From: Verrucomicrobiota bacterium
GTDB taxonomy: Bacteria; Verrucomicrobiota; Verrucomicrobiia; Limisphaerales; Palsa-1400
Direction: 5' to 3'
Assembly: GCA_049510745.1 (NCBI GenBank)
Contig: JBEKYR010000069.1
Location: 1 to 16,244, forward strand
DNA length: 16,244 bases
Part shown: positions 1 through 8,391 of the stretch, piece after piece
How positions within the stretch are numbered: the first letter of the stretch is position 1
Layout: each line of letters starts with the position of its first letter
Position numbers and translations under genes: made by a program
The notes under the pieces: model-generated
The model's input: only the letters and a program-made list of their open reading frames with translations
What the model was told of the DNA's origin: nothing
Databases searched by the model: none

Positions 1-217
1 AGGCGCGCCAGGAGGGCCTGGGCTTCGGCGGAAACATTCCGCGCCCGCGCGGGCGCGGCCCCGTTGAAGCTTGGCCGCTCCGAGGTGAGCGCGATAGTAA
101 TTCCAGTCCATTCCGCGCCCGCGCGGGCGCGGCCCCGTTGAAGCAGCCACGGCGGGGTGATTCAGGTCATTTCGGACGGCGCATTCCGCGCCCGCGCGGG
201 CGCGGCCCCGTTGAAGC
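1..217 (+). CRISPR. End of a CRISPR array: 3 identical 36-nt repeats CATTCCGCGCCCGCGCGGGCGCGGCCCCGTTGAAGC, type I-G (I-U)-like
   Basis: Repeats at 35-70, 109-144 and 182-217; unique spacers of 38 nt (71-108) and 37 nt (145-181), plus a partial spacer at 1-34. Internal perfect 20-bp palindrome CCGCGCCCGCGCGGGCGCGG. The 3' end TTGAAGC resembles type I-G repeats and suggests + orientation, making this the trailer end. No cas genes in the window, so subtype is inferred. Confidence 0.95.
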
Positions 218-322
218 TTCATGGGGTCGATCATGGGGTCGAGATGGACCATCTAGCCTCGAGGCAGGTTGGGGGAGGTCGATACGGGGGGCCTCTCGCA
301 GCCATTAAGGGCGGAGACGGCT

Positions 323-371
323 TAGTGCCGCCTAGTGCCAAGAAAATTGCAGCGGCGTGCATTCTCGTGCA
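323..371. repeat. Short direct-repeat pairs left of the att core (candidate integrase arm-type sites)
   Basis: TAGTGCC at 323-329 and 333-339; CGTGCA at 356-361 and 366-371; both pairs have a 10-bp period. Confidence 0.5.
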
Positions 372-442
372 GTTTCGCCAAAAACTGAGGGTTTGTAAGT
401 TGCACGGGGCTGCGGGGTTACGCAAGGCGCTGCAAAAACGTG

Positions 443-470
443 GAGGATTCGATTCCCTTCACCCGCTCCA
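443..470 (+). mobile_element. tRNA-Gly 3'-end fragment, probable att core (attR/attL) of an integrative element
   Basis: GAGGATTCGATTCCCTTCACCCGCTCCA is a T-arm plus acceptor 3' strand plus CCA typical of tRNA-Gly. No matching 5' half (GCGGGTG...) lies upstream and the T-stem has a mismatch, so it is not a full tRNA. Confidence 0.85.
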
Positions 471-522
471 ACATAACTCAGTGCCTTGATATTCAATTAC
501 TTACGCAATTCACACCTTCCCA

Positions 523-656
523 ATTCTCACAAAATGAGAATAAAAGTGAGAATAAACGGCACAGAATTCAGGGGGTGAATGCGCCTTGAAACTCTTTGTT
601 TTCAGTGGTTTCCAGCGTTAATCGTAACCCGCGAAAGTGAGAATAAAGTGAGAATA
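523..656. repeat. TGAGAATA repeat cluster right of the att core (candidate arm-type sites of a second element)
   Basis: TGAGAATA at 535-542, 547-554, 638-645 and 649-656, plus an inverted copy ATTCTCAC at 523-530; AT-rich context with an IHF-like ATTCAATTACTTA at 491-503. Confidence 0.7.
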
Positions 657-771
657 TGGTGGCCAACCAGTCTGACACGCCAGCAAAGCAAACCGAATAT
701 GCCGATGCCCGGAGACCAGCTTGGTCACCCGTTTGCCTGGGACGAGTTTCCCCATCACATCCCACGGCATC

Positions 772-1550
772 TTACGCACGTCCTTGCGTCAGCAACAGCG
801 CCTTCCGATACACGTATGGGAACCAGTAGGTAATCTCCTTCCCCCTTCCCCTCTTGCCCAAAACCCCGATCGAAACTAAGTCAGTCACAATCCTTTCCCA
901 ACTTTTACCAAGAAGCCTTTGCAAACTGCCCGGGTCATATTCAGTCTTTCCACTCTCGAACTTCTCGATGTGTACCCAAAGGTGAGGAAATTCCGCCTTC
1001 AAATACGTGTCTCTCTTCCGCTTCGAAAGCTCCTCAAGGCCATGCGTAATAGCCTTTGGGCCGATGAGCGATAGCGATTCTCCCGCGAGGGCTGCGTTGA
1101 ACTCGTCCTGCTGCTGCTGTTTCGCCTTCGTAACCAAATCTAAGACATCCCTTGGCGTCACAACCCCTCGCCCATCGGCTGTCCGAGCGTAAATCCAGTG
1201 CAGCGTCTCGCTTTGCTTTTTGCCGCTATGCACCGTCCGCGGAAACACCTTGTAGAAACACTCCGACCGGTACTCCTGGCTCGCGTCGAGGCGCGCTCTA
1301 TTGACCTTGAGGTAATTAGCCATACCCTCATCCGCGAAGATTCGCTTCACCAACATCGTTAGTATCTGCTCTTCTGACCAACGAAGCGTGTCCGCCCGAC
1401 GGGCAGTAAGGTGGGTCAGAGCCGTGAACCATCGCCTGTCCCTACCACTTGTTCCAGCATGTCATCCCGCAAAAATATTTTGATGCGCACCAAGTCGCTC
1501 GAAAAAAGCCGGAGGCATTTCAACAAGCCTCGAAGAGCCCTCGTCTCAAA
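772..1550 (-). pseudogene. P-loop ATPase (Sll1717-like family) C-terminal remnant, 5'-truncated and frameshifted
   Basis: ETRALRGLL...RIKIFLRDDMLEQVVGTGDG (frame of ORF 1416-1643) continues after a 1-nt loss near 1429 as FTALTHLTARRADTLRWSEEQILTMLVKRIF...TPRDVLDL (frame of ORF 772-1356). IFLRxD and TPRD motifs fit this family; Walker A and B are missing. Confidence 0.7.
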
Positions 1551-1716
1551 GCGTTCGCTGCTTAATGTATAAAGCGGCGTGTTCCGGGAGAACCCCTTGC
1601 GACACAAAATGCGCCTGGAGCTCTTCGTCACTTGATACTTCATCGTTACACAGAATCGCTTTCATAAACTCATGGTCAACTATCGGAACTCCGTTTCCCC
1701 CTGGTAATTTCGTCAA
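1546..1716 (-). pseudogene. Fragment of a hypothetical gene not in the ORF track
   Basis: Open minus frame: LTKLPGGNGVPIVDHEFMKAILCNDEVSSDEELQAHFVSQGVLPEHAALYIKQRTL* (ATG at 1665, TGA at 1548-1546). It is helical and protein-like, and explains the junk N-termini of both overlapping tracked ORFs. Confidence 0.45.
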
Positions 1717-2212
1717 CGTGCATCCAGGTGAATCAGTTCTGATAGTTAGCCTGGAGTCGCTGAACTTGCAAAAGGAGGTCGTTCAGAAACACTATCCCGA
1801 TTGCATGTTGATGGCTCTGATCACACCAACAACCACGATGATGCGTGAGGGGATGATCCAATGTGCCACGAAGGTTCATGCTGGCTACTCTGGTGAACTA
1901 AACTGGGGATTCCGCAACAGCTCCTCCAAAGATTTCATTATTCAGCAGGGGGAGCCAATGTTCAACTTGACTCTTTTCCTGCTTCAGGATGATGAGGTTC
2001 CACAGGTCAGCTACGGAGAAAAGACAGACCATAAGTACCAGAACACCCGAGGTATAATTGGCTCGCAGAGAAGGATTCCAGCAGATATTCCTAAGAATCG
2101 TATCGTCTCCTCATCATTTGAAAAACTTGATCCCAAGAAACAATTGCGCGAGGCCGGTCATCCATTTTCATATATCGGCACCGAACTTGTTCAGTTACAG
2201 GGTAAGTGGGAG
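1709..2212 (+). pseudogene. dCTP deaminase/dUTPase-fold domain fragment (divergent), middle part of chimeric ORF 1565-2833
   Basis: VHPGESVLIVSLESL...ALITPTTTMMREG...KVHAGYSGELNWGFRN...IIQQGEPMFNLTLF...YGE...KYQNTRG follows the Dcd motif order (xxPGE, RSSxxRxG, DPGY/FxG, KYQ). The usual N-terminal MILSD...SYDLRL part is absent. Confidence 0.7.
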
Positions 2213-2833
2213 AACTGCACCAGCGTAGCGAAGGAAGCCGTCTGGCGCAACAACCCGGAAATTCTGAAAGTGCTCCATCTCAAGCCCAGTCCCGCCCAAG
2301 CACTCGAGTTGCTTCCAGAGGCAGCGTATTACGGCAATGTCAAACTTTTTCAGAATTTGTTAGGCACCATTCCGCCAGAGCAGATTAACGACACGCCGCG
2401 CTGTTCCTCCACCGCTTTGGAGCAATTGGTGAAACGGTGCGCGCACCGTGCCTTTTGCACAAACCGATGTGACGGCAAAGGCGATGTTGAAAACGTTCAG
2501 TGCGTGGAGTGGTTGCTGGACACGGGTGCCCGTTGGAATCCTCCAGTAGCAGACCTGCGCCACACTCGCAGAAATCTGCTCAGGCATGAATCGCGCTACA
2601 TCGTTCAGGTTCTCCGTCTCCTTTTATACACGTCTGGCGCGGCAAATTTAGAGAGCATTCTGGAGCTTTGCCGCTCCAGCGCGCTCGAAGCTAAAATCGC
2701 CGCCGTCGATGCATTTCTGGTCAAGGAGATCAAGGAGCTTCGTAAAACGAAAGCATCCGTTAATACTTCCAACCAGGATTCGACCACGGATTCTGCGAAG
2801 GCGCCGATTGCGGGGAAGCGTCTGGAGGCTTGA
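2213..2833 (+). pseudogene. C-terminal part of an ankyrin-like helical-repeat hypothetical protein, fused in frame to the Dcd fragment
   Basis: Abrupt change of sequence character after LQGKWE; ankyrin-like segments AVWRNNPEILKVL, AAYYGNVKLFQNLL and CVEWLLDTGA. Confidence 0.5.
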
Positions 2834-3044
2834 TCTGTCCAGGGTGCCTCGACTCGATTTCCGGCCAGATCCTGGAAGATGGATAAGGTCCGCCGACCGG
2901 AATGCCATCGGACTCGAAGCTCCCGTCCAAGGCTGGAACTGGATAGCCTTGGCCGAAAGGCCCCATTTTCGCCGCTTCAGCTTTCGCCCAAGTCAGCCAA
3001 TCGGCTTGTTCTTTCGTCAATTCGCCGCCTTCGGCGTGCCGCCA
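2760..3044 (-). pseudogene. C-terminal remnant of a hypothetical protein, convergent with the ankyrin-like piece
   Basis: WRHAEGGELTKEQADWLTWAKAEAAKMGPF...GGPYP resembles C-termini of integrative-element hypothetical proteins (recalled, not searched); only a weak TTG start at 3083. Confidence 0.45.
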
Positions 3045-3157
3045 GAACGGTTTCGGTGGATTCGCTAGGCGCTTCACCGGCAAGATGATTTGTTACGTTC
3101 CATCCCGGGTAGTGCCAGAGAATTGTCGTGTCGTGCCCGGGTACGCCCATCAAACCG

Positions 3158-6100
3158 TCACCTGGCTAACCGGAAAAACATGGTCGAGTTTGAGGGTGTC
3201 ACGACCACTTGATTGTTCGCGCCTACCACCGCTGGCGTGACGTCGACCGCCGTCCACGCCGCGCCGCTGCCCAGAGTTGGAGTGGATTCAAGCGTGAAGC
3301 CGGAACTGGCCACCGGCCAAGTGAAAACGAGTGTTCCGTTGCTTTGCGAAATAGTCAGTGAAACGTTTGCCGCCAGCAAGACGTTTGGCCCGACAATCTG
3401 TGCGGCGGCGATGTCGGCTGGAAGCAACAGCCCGGAGTAAATGCGAAATTCATCAATGGCGCCGGCGAGCCAGGGGTCCCCGCTCCAAGGCGAGCGGCCC
3501 AACGCCGCCGCGTTGGTGCTCACGGCGCTCAACGCGGCGCTCACACTCTGGCTGGTTTCCAGCGTGCCGTTGGTATAGACGGCCGCAAATCCGCCGGCCG
3601 GATTATAGACGCAAACGACATGAACGGATTGCCCCCCCAGTCCGGGATAACCCGGAATCAGCGGACTTCCGCTGCCGCTGGCCAGCTCGAGAAAATTGCG
3701 GCCATTGCCTTGATCATGCAGCACATAGCGCAGATAGCCGCCGCCAACACCGTCCTGTAATCCGTCGTCAAACGAGAACAGCGCCACGTTGTCGGGCGAA
3801 ACCGCGTTGGTCACCCAGGCCTCGATGGTCACGTTGGACAAACCGGCCAGCAAACGGCCCGGCAGGCTCACATACGTTCCAGGGGCGCCATTCAACGTCA
3901 CGTGGCCGCTGCCATCGAACTGCGCGCCGCCGTGCAACGTCCCGTTGGCGCCGCCAACCGAGTCGCGGGCCGTTGTCCCGTTGGTTTCATTGAAGCTGTA
4001 GCGATGGATCAACGTGGGCAATGGCGAAGACACAACGACAGCGGAAGTGGAGAACGTGACGTTGTCGAATTGCGCCTGGCACAACGTCCCATTGTTCACG
4101 CTGCACACGGCAAGACCGGCATAAACGCTGGAATTCATCGCCACCGTCGTCGTGCCGGTCAGCATCCAGTTCACGCCATCGGGCGCGGCATACGACGTGA
4201 AAACGTCCCCTCTTCGCGCCAACCGCACCCAATACGGCGCGGCCAGGCCGGATGACACCGTCACGCCCGAAGCCGGGGCGGCCGTGCCATTGCGCTGTTG
4301 CAGGGCGGCTCCATTGACCGGCGAGATAAAGTTGATGACATACTGCGAAGCCGGATCGAGTGTTTCGCGGACCATCACACCGGCCTTCGCCCACGGCGCG
4401 GTGTCGGCCATGTTGAGCACGCGCGCGGTGATGGAACAATCGCCGTTTAGTGCCTGAAAGACATAACGAAAGGCGTCCGCCTGGTACCAGATGTCCGCGC
4501 CGGAACCCTGGAGGGTAAACACGTTGCCTGTCAGGTTGAATGATCCCGTCGCTCCCACTGCGCCGATGTCCTCCGTCAACCAGTTGCTCGAAGGCGGGCC
4601 GGCCAGCGAGGCGGACGCTTCGGCGGAGTGGATGGATGGACCGGCCAGGTCCACGGCCGACACAACGTAGAAATAGAGCGTGCCGGCAACGACGTTGGTG
4701 TCCGCATAAGTCGCGCTGGCGATGCCCGTCGTGTTGGTGGCGTAAGGCCCGCCGTGGAGGGTGGAGCGCATGACAGTGAACGCGGCGGTTGTCGTGGGAT
4801 AATTCCACGACAAGGTGATCTGGTTGGTCCCCGGCGCCGCGACGACGTTCTCAGGCACCGCACTGCCGATGGATTGCGGCGGACCGATTTTGAAGCCGGC
4901 GGCAATAGTCGAGGACATCGCCGACGGCAGCGTGATGAGCAGTCCGCCTACGCCCTGCGTCCAGACGAGTGAGTTGGTGTTGCCGAGCATGGAAACAGAT
5001 TGGATCGCCTGCGCGAGCAGATTTGAACTGGTGGCCAGTGACTTGATTTGAATCTGGCGGCCGGCCGGTGGAACCGTCATGCAATAGGCGTAGAGCCAAC
5101 CGTTGGAGCCGACCGTGAACCGGAAATCATTGGTCGTGAAGCCATAAGCGGACTGGCTGGAACCGAGCGCGCCGGTGGGAAGCGCATCGGGGCCTTCGCC
5201 GTATGTCACCCAGGCGTGGCTGCCGTAAATGCCTTCACCGTTGACAGCCATCCATCGGCCGAGGCCGGCCAGTTCATTGGTCGCGCCCGGATCGAGCGCG
5301 CCGTCGGGCCGCTGGCAGAGGTTGATCAAGACCGCGCCGTCGCGCGAGACACACTCCAAAATATACCGCGCCATCATCGCGCCGGAGTCGTAATAAAACC
5401 CGGGCGCGTAAAACCAATCGCCCACGGCGGATTCGCCGATCCAGGGCTGGCTGGTCATTATGCCTGAAGGATAGCCGCTTTCCGCGGTGGTGACGATCTT
5501 GCCGCCCGGATGAAATTTGACGACGGCGAACGTGTCCGATTGCCCGTGCCGTTCCAGCGTCCGGTTGAAGTAATGCGCCAGGACGCGCTCCATGGCGTCG
5601 CATTTGAAACCCGTCCCGGTCGCGTAACCGCTGAACGGTTGCGTGGAATTGCCGTCCGTATAAATGAAATCCGGATCGTAGTTTTCAATCACGTCCAGGA
5701 TGCGCAACCCCCACTGCGTGGCATACCAATACGCGTAACCCAAATGGTTGGTGAAGATGCCTTGGGCCGGATTCCAATAGCCTTGGGTCGGCGTGGCGAT
5801 GCCTTGATACTCCTGCAGGTTGATCAGATAAAGCCGGCGGGGGTCGTCATTCTGCCACCATGTGCCCGTGCCGTTGGTGGCCGTGGTCGCGTCGTAGGGC
5901 ACCCCGGCCAAAGCTCCCGTGCTGTCGCTCAAGTAAGCCGGCTGATAAAACCACCAGCCGTATTCGTGATGAAAGGCGACGCCGTAGCGCATCCCCAAGG
6001 AGCGGGCGGCGTTGGTCCACTGCGCCAGCGTATCGCGTTTTGGCCCCAGGTTGACCGCGTTCCACGGATTATATTGCGAATTCCAATTGTCAAACTGGTC

Positions 6101-6646
6101 GTGATGGACGCCCTGGAGGAGCAGGAAACGCGCCCCGGCGTCGTAATAAAGTTGCGCCAGCCCCGCGGGACTGTAGTTGGTCGGATTCCAGGCGTTGATG
6201 ACGTCCTTGTAGCCGTTGGTCGAGGGGTGCCCGAATTGCGCGAGGTGATTGTTGTAGGCGGTTGAACCCTGCTGATACATGTGCTGGGCATACCAGTCGC
6301 CGCTGGCGCCTTCGGCCTGCGGCCCGTAGTGAACCCACATCCCAAACTTTGCCTGGCGCAGCCATGCCGGGGCGCCCGTGCCGGGAAGATTGCCGGCGAT
6401 GGACTGCCACGCCGGCTGAAACGGCCCGTTGGTTTCGATGGCGAAATCCATGTTCGTCTCCGGAAAACCCGCCGGATCTCCCATCGGAACGGAGCCGGCC
6501 GCCAACGGCGCCGGAACCGCCGGCATGGGCGGCAAAACGGGAAGGGTGTAGGGGGCTGCTGAAACCGCCGCCGCGAGAAAAAGAATTCCGATGCCGAGTT
6601 GCAACGCCGGCCAGCCGGGCGCAACTGGATGCTGGCGTGCATTCAT
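3158..6646 (-). CDS. Secreted multidomain GH29 alpha-L-fucosidase (GH29 + FN3 + beta-sandwich + LamG-like + C-terminal beta domain)
   Basis: Signal peptide (GIGILFLAAAVSA); KFGMWVHYGPQ, HHDQFDNWNS, DFIYTDG (nucleophile position), VSRDGAVLIN and NGEGIYGS; FN3 (QITLSW...YFYVVSAV); DIW...DAF/AKAGVMVRE module; LamG (IDEFRIYS). ATG at 6646 preferred over TTG at 6658. Confidence 0.92.
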   Translation of the reverse strand: MNARQHPVAPGWPALQLGIGILFLAAAVSAAPYTLPVLPPMPAVPAPLAAGSVPMGDPAGFPETNMDFAIETNGPFQPAWQSIAGNLPGTGAPAWLRQAKFGMWVHYGPQAEGASGDWYAQHMYQQGSTAYNNHLAQFGHPSTNGYKDVINAWNPTNYSPAGLAQLYYDAGARFLLLQGVHHDQFDNWNSQYNPWNAVNLGPKRDTLAQWTNAARSLGMRYGVAFHHEYGWWFYQPAYLSDSTGALAGVPYDATTATNGTGTWWQNDDPRRLYLINLQEYQGIATPTQGYWNPAQGIFTNHLGYAYWYATQWGLRILDVIENYDPDFIYTDGNSTQPFSGYATGTGFKCDAMERVLAHYFNRTLERHGQSDTFAVVKFHPGGKIVTTAESGYPSGIMTSQPWIGESAVGDWFYAPGFYYDSGAMMARYILECVSRDGAVLINLCQRPDGALDPGATNELAGLGRWMAVNGEGIYGSHAWVTYGEGPDALPTGALGSSQSAYGFTTNDFRFTVGSNGWLYAYCMTVPPAGRQIQIKSLATSSNLLAQAIQSVSMLGNTNSLVWTQGVGGLLITLPSAMSSTIAAGFKIGPPQSIGSAVPENVVAAPGTNQITLSWNYPTTTAAFTVMRSTLHGGPYATNTTGIASATYADTNVVAGTLYFYVVSAVDLAGPSIHSAEASASLAGPPSSNWLTEDIGAVGATGSFNLTGNVFTLQGSGADIWYQADAFRYVFQALNGDCSITARVLNMADTAPWAKAGVMVRETLDPASQYVINFISPVNGAALQQRNGTAAPASGVTVSSGLAAPYWVRLARRGDVFTSYAAPDGVNWMLTGTTTVAMNSSVYAGLAVCSVNNGTLCQAQFDNVTFSTSAVVVSSPLPTLIHRYSFNETNGTTARDSVGGANGTLHGGAQFDGSGHVTLNGAPGTYVSLPGRLLAGLSNVTIEAWVTNAVSPDNVALFSFDDGLQDGVGGGYLRYVLHDQGNGRNFLELASGSGSPLIPGYPGLGGQSVHVVCVYNPAGGFAAVYTNGTLETSQSVSAALSAVSTNAAALGRSPWSGDPWLAGAIDEFRIYSGLLLPADIAAAQIVGPNVLLAANVSLTISQSNGTLVFTWPVASSGFTLESTPTLGSGAAWTAVDVTPAVVGANNQVVVTPSNSTMFFRLAR

Positions 6647-6659
6647 GCGTTTTGTCAAA

Positions 6660-8312
6660 TCAAGAACTCTTCAAAGAGATTTTGAAGACGATGGCGAAAT
6701 TGTTCGGTTCGTTTTCGGGCTGCTGGATGACCAGCGCGTCGTCCGTCTGCCGCCAGGTGATTTTCTCCTTGCTGCCCAGCAACCGGATTTTCTTGATGGA
6801 CCGGTCCAGCAGCTTCGCCTTTTGGCCCAGGGACGCGATGGTCACGCCGTTGGCCGGCCAACCCAGCACGATGGCGTAAAGGGCGCGGCCCTTTTGCGTG
6901 AAGCGCACGTCTTGCGCCGTGAACGGCTTGCCCTTGCCTTCGTTGAACCCTTGCGCGGTCAATGCCGCCCCGCCGGAGGCCGGGCCTTCGCCAAACACCT
7001 TCCACGGGCGCGTCCGGAAAATGCATTCCTTGTTCACGTCCATCCAATCCGCGATGCCTTGCACCACCTGCAACTCGTCACTGTCAATGGTTCCGTCGCC
7101 GCGCACCGGGATGTTCAAGAGCAGATTGCCGTTCTTGCTCACGATGTCCGCCAGCGTCTGGATGACGGTCTTGGCGCTCTTGTAGCGGTGTTGATTGAAC
7201 AGGTTCCGGTCGTAATGCCAGCCGCCGATGCAGGTGTCGGTCTGCCATGCATAAGGCTCGATCTCGTTGGCCTGACCGCGCTCGATGTCCCACACCATGC
7301 ACTGGCGTTGATTCTGGTCGAGAATCTTCCCGAAGAGCACGCCATCATCGCCGGCCCCATGCCACTTGAGGTTGCTGTTGTAAAAGTGCGCGGCAATCTT
7401 CAAACCCGCGTCGCTGACCGGCCACAAGGGCAAGGCGGTGTCGTCAAAATAGAGCAGATCGGGATGATACTTGTTGATGAGGTCGATCGTGCGATTGTAG
7501 AACTTGTCGCAATAGGCCTGGTCGGGAAGGCTCGCGCCGTTGCCCCAGTTCCATTGCGAATGGATTTTCCAAGAGTTCTGGCTCTCCACGCTGCGCGGAT
7601 GGTTCTGCGCGTACAAATCCTGCGGATCAAGGCCCTCCCACCAAAGCCCCTTGCCGTCGGCCTTGGTCAGCTTGCCGTCAAAATCCTGGGACGGCTCATA
7701 CCACGTCCAGGCGTGCGCCGCATGGACGCTGACGCCGAAACGCAATCCGTTGGCGCGCGCCGCCTTGGCCCAGCCGCCAATCAAATCCTTGTGCGGGCCG
7801 ACGTTGACCGAATTCCACGGCTGGTACTTCGAGTCCCAGTTGTCGAAGTTGTCGTGATGGTTGGCGAGCGCGAAGAAGTATTGCGCCCCGGCGCGTTTGT
7901 AGAGTTTGACCAGTTTTTCCGGGTCCCAATTCTCCGCCTTCCATTGGTGGATGACCTCTTTGAAACCGAAGGTGGCCGGGGAACCGTAGTGGTTGGTGTG
8001 GAACAGATACTGTTCACTGCCGGTTTGATACATGCCCCGCGCATACCAGTCGCCGTCCTCCGGCTCGCATTGCGGCCCCCAGTGCGCCCAGATGCCGAAC
8101 TTCGCATCCCGGAACCAGGCCGGGCACTCGTATTGTTTCAACGACTCCCAGGTCGGCGCGAATTTGCCGGAGGCCATCGGCTCGGCCTGGGCGCCAATCC
8201 TGGAATTGAATTGTGTCGTCTCGCTCTCAGCCGTGCCGCGCGCCACCCCGCATCCCATCGCCAGAATTGGAATGACGCGCGCAAAGCTCCTCCACAAGGT
8301 AAATCTAATCAT
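6660..8312 (-). CDS. GH29 alpha-L-fucosidase, exported
   Basis: WFRDAKFGIWAHWGPQC, NHHDNFDNWDS, DLLYFDD, WQTDTCIGGWHY, DIVSKNGNLLLNIP and TRPWKVFGEGP; GGAGG upstream of the ATG; signal-peptide-like N-terminus. Confidence 0.96.
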   Translation of the reverse strand: MIRFTLWRSFARVIPILAMGCGVARGTAESETTQFNSRIGAQAEPMASGKFAPTWESLKQYECPAWFRDAKFGIWAHWGPQCEPEDGDWYARGMYQTGSEQYLFHTNHYGSPATFGFKEVIHQWKAENWDPEKLVKLYKRAGAQYFFALANHHDNFDNWDSKYQPWNSVNVGPHKDLIGGWAKAARANGLRFGVSVHAAHAWTWYEPSQDFDGKLTKADGKGLWWEGLDPQDLYAQNHPRSVESQNSWKIHSQWNWGNGASLPDQAYCDKFYNRTIDLINKYHPDLLYFDDTALPLWPVSDAGLKIAAHFYNSNLKWHGAGDDGVLFGKILDQNQRQCMVWDIERGQANEIEPYAWQTDTCIGGWHYDRNLFNQHRYKSAKTVIQTLADIVSKNGNLLLNIPVRGDGTIDSDELQVVQGIADWMDVNKECIFRTRPWKVFGEGPASGGAALTAQGFNEGKGKPFTAQDVRFTQKGRALYAIVLGWPANGVTIASLGQKAKLLDRSIKKIRLLGSKEKITWRQTDDALVIQQPENEPNNFAIVFKISLKSS

Positions 8313-8391
8313 TTTTTACGCCTCCACCTGCCATTTGTATGTTGGCCGCGCTGAACAAGCAATGCAATAAATCCAAAGTGGGCGTAACATA

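Noticed and set aside
1..181. Self-targeting spacers
   Set aside because: No match to the rest of the window noticed by eye; not exhaustively tested.
395..470. Complete tRNA-Gly gene
   Set aside because: No 5' acceptor strand, D arm or anticodon arm can be formed; only the 3' 23-28 nt match.
157..833. Short ORFs 157-489, 231-425, 568-765 and 579-833
   Set aside because: They run across the CRISPR repeat, att core and repeat sites, with no recognisable protein features.
772..3050. Integron cassette array or intact defence operon
   Set aside because: No attC-like repeats at the junctions, the pieces are truncated mid-gene and orientations alternate.
3110..3125. TAGTGCCAGAGAATTG resembling TAGTGCCAAGAAAATTG at 333-349 as an island boundary
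   Set aside because: A single short imperfect match with no second att core nearby; may be chance, although it lies at the GC transition.
6591..8354. 587-aa plus-strand ORF, and similar ones at 13580-15046, 12800-13558 and 5510-6265
   Set aside because: Antisense shadows of well-supported GC-rich genes.
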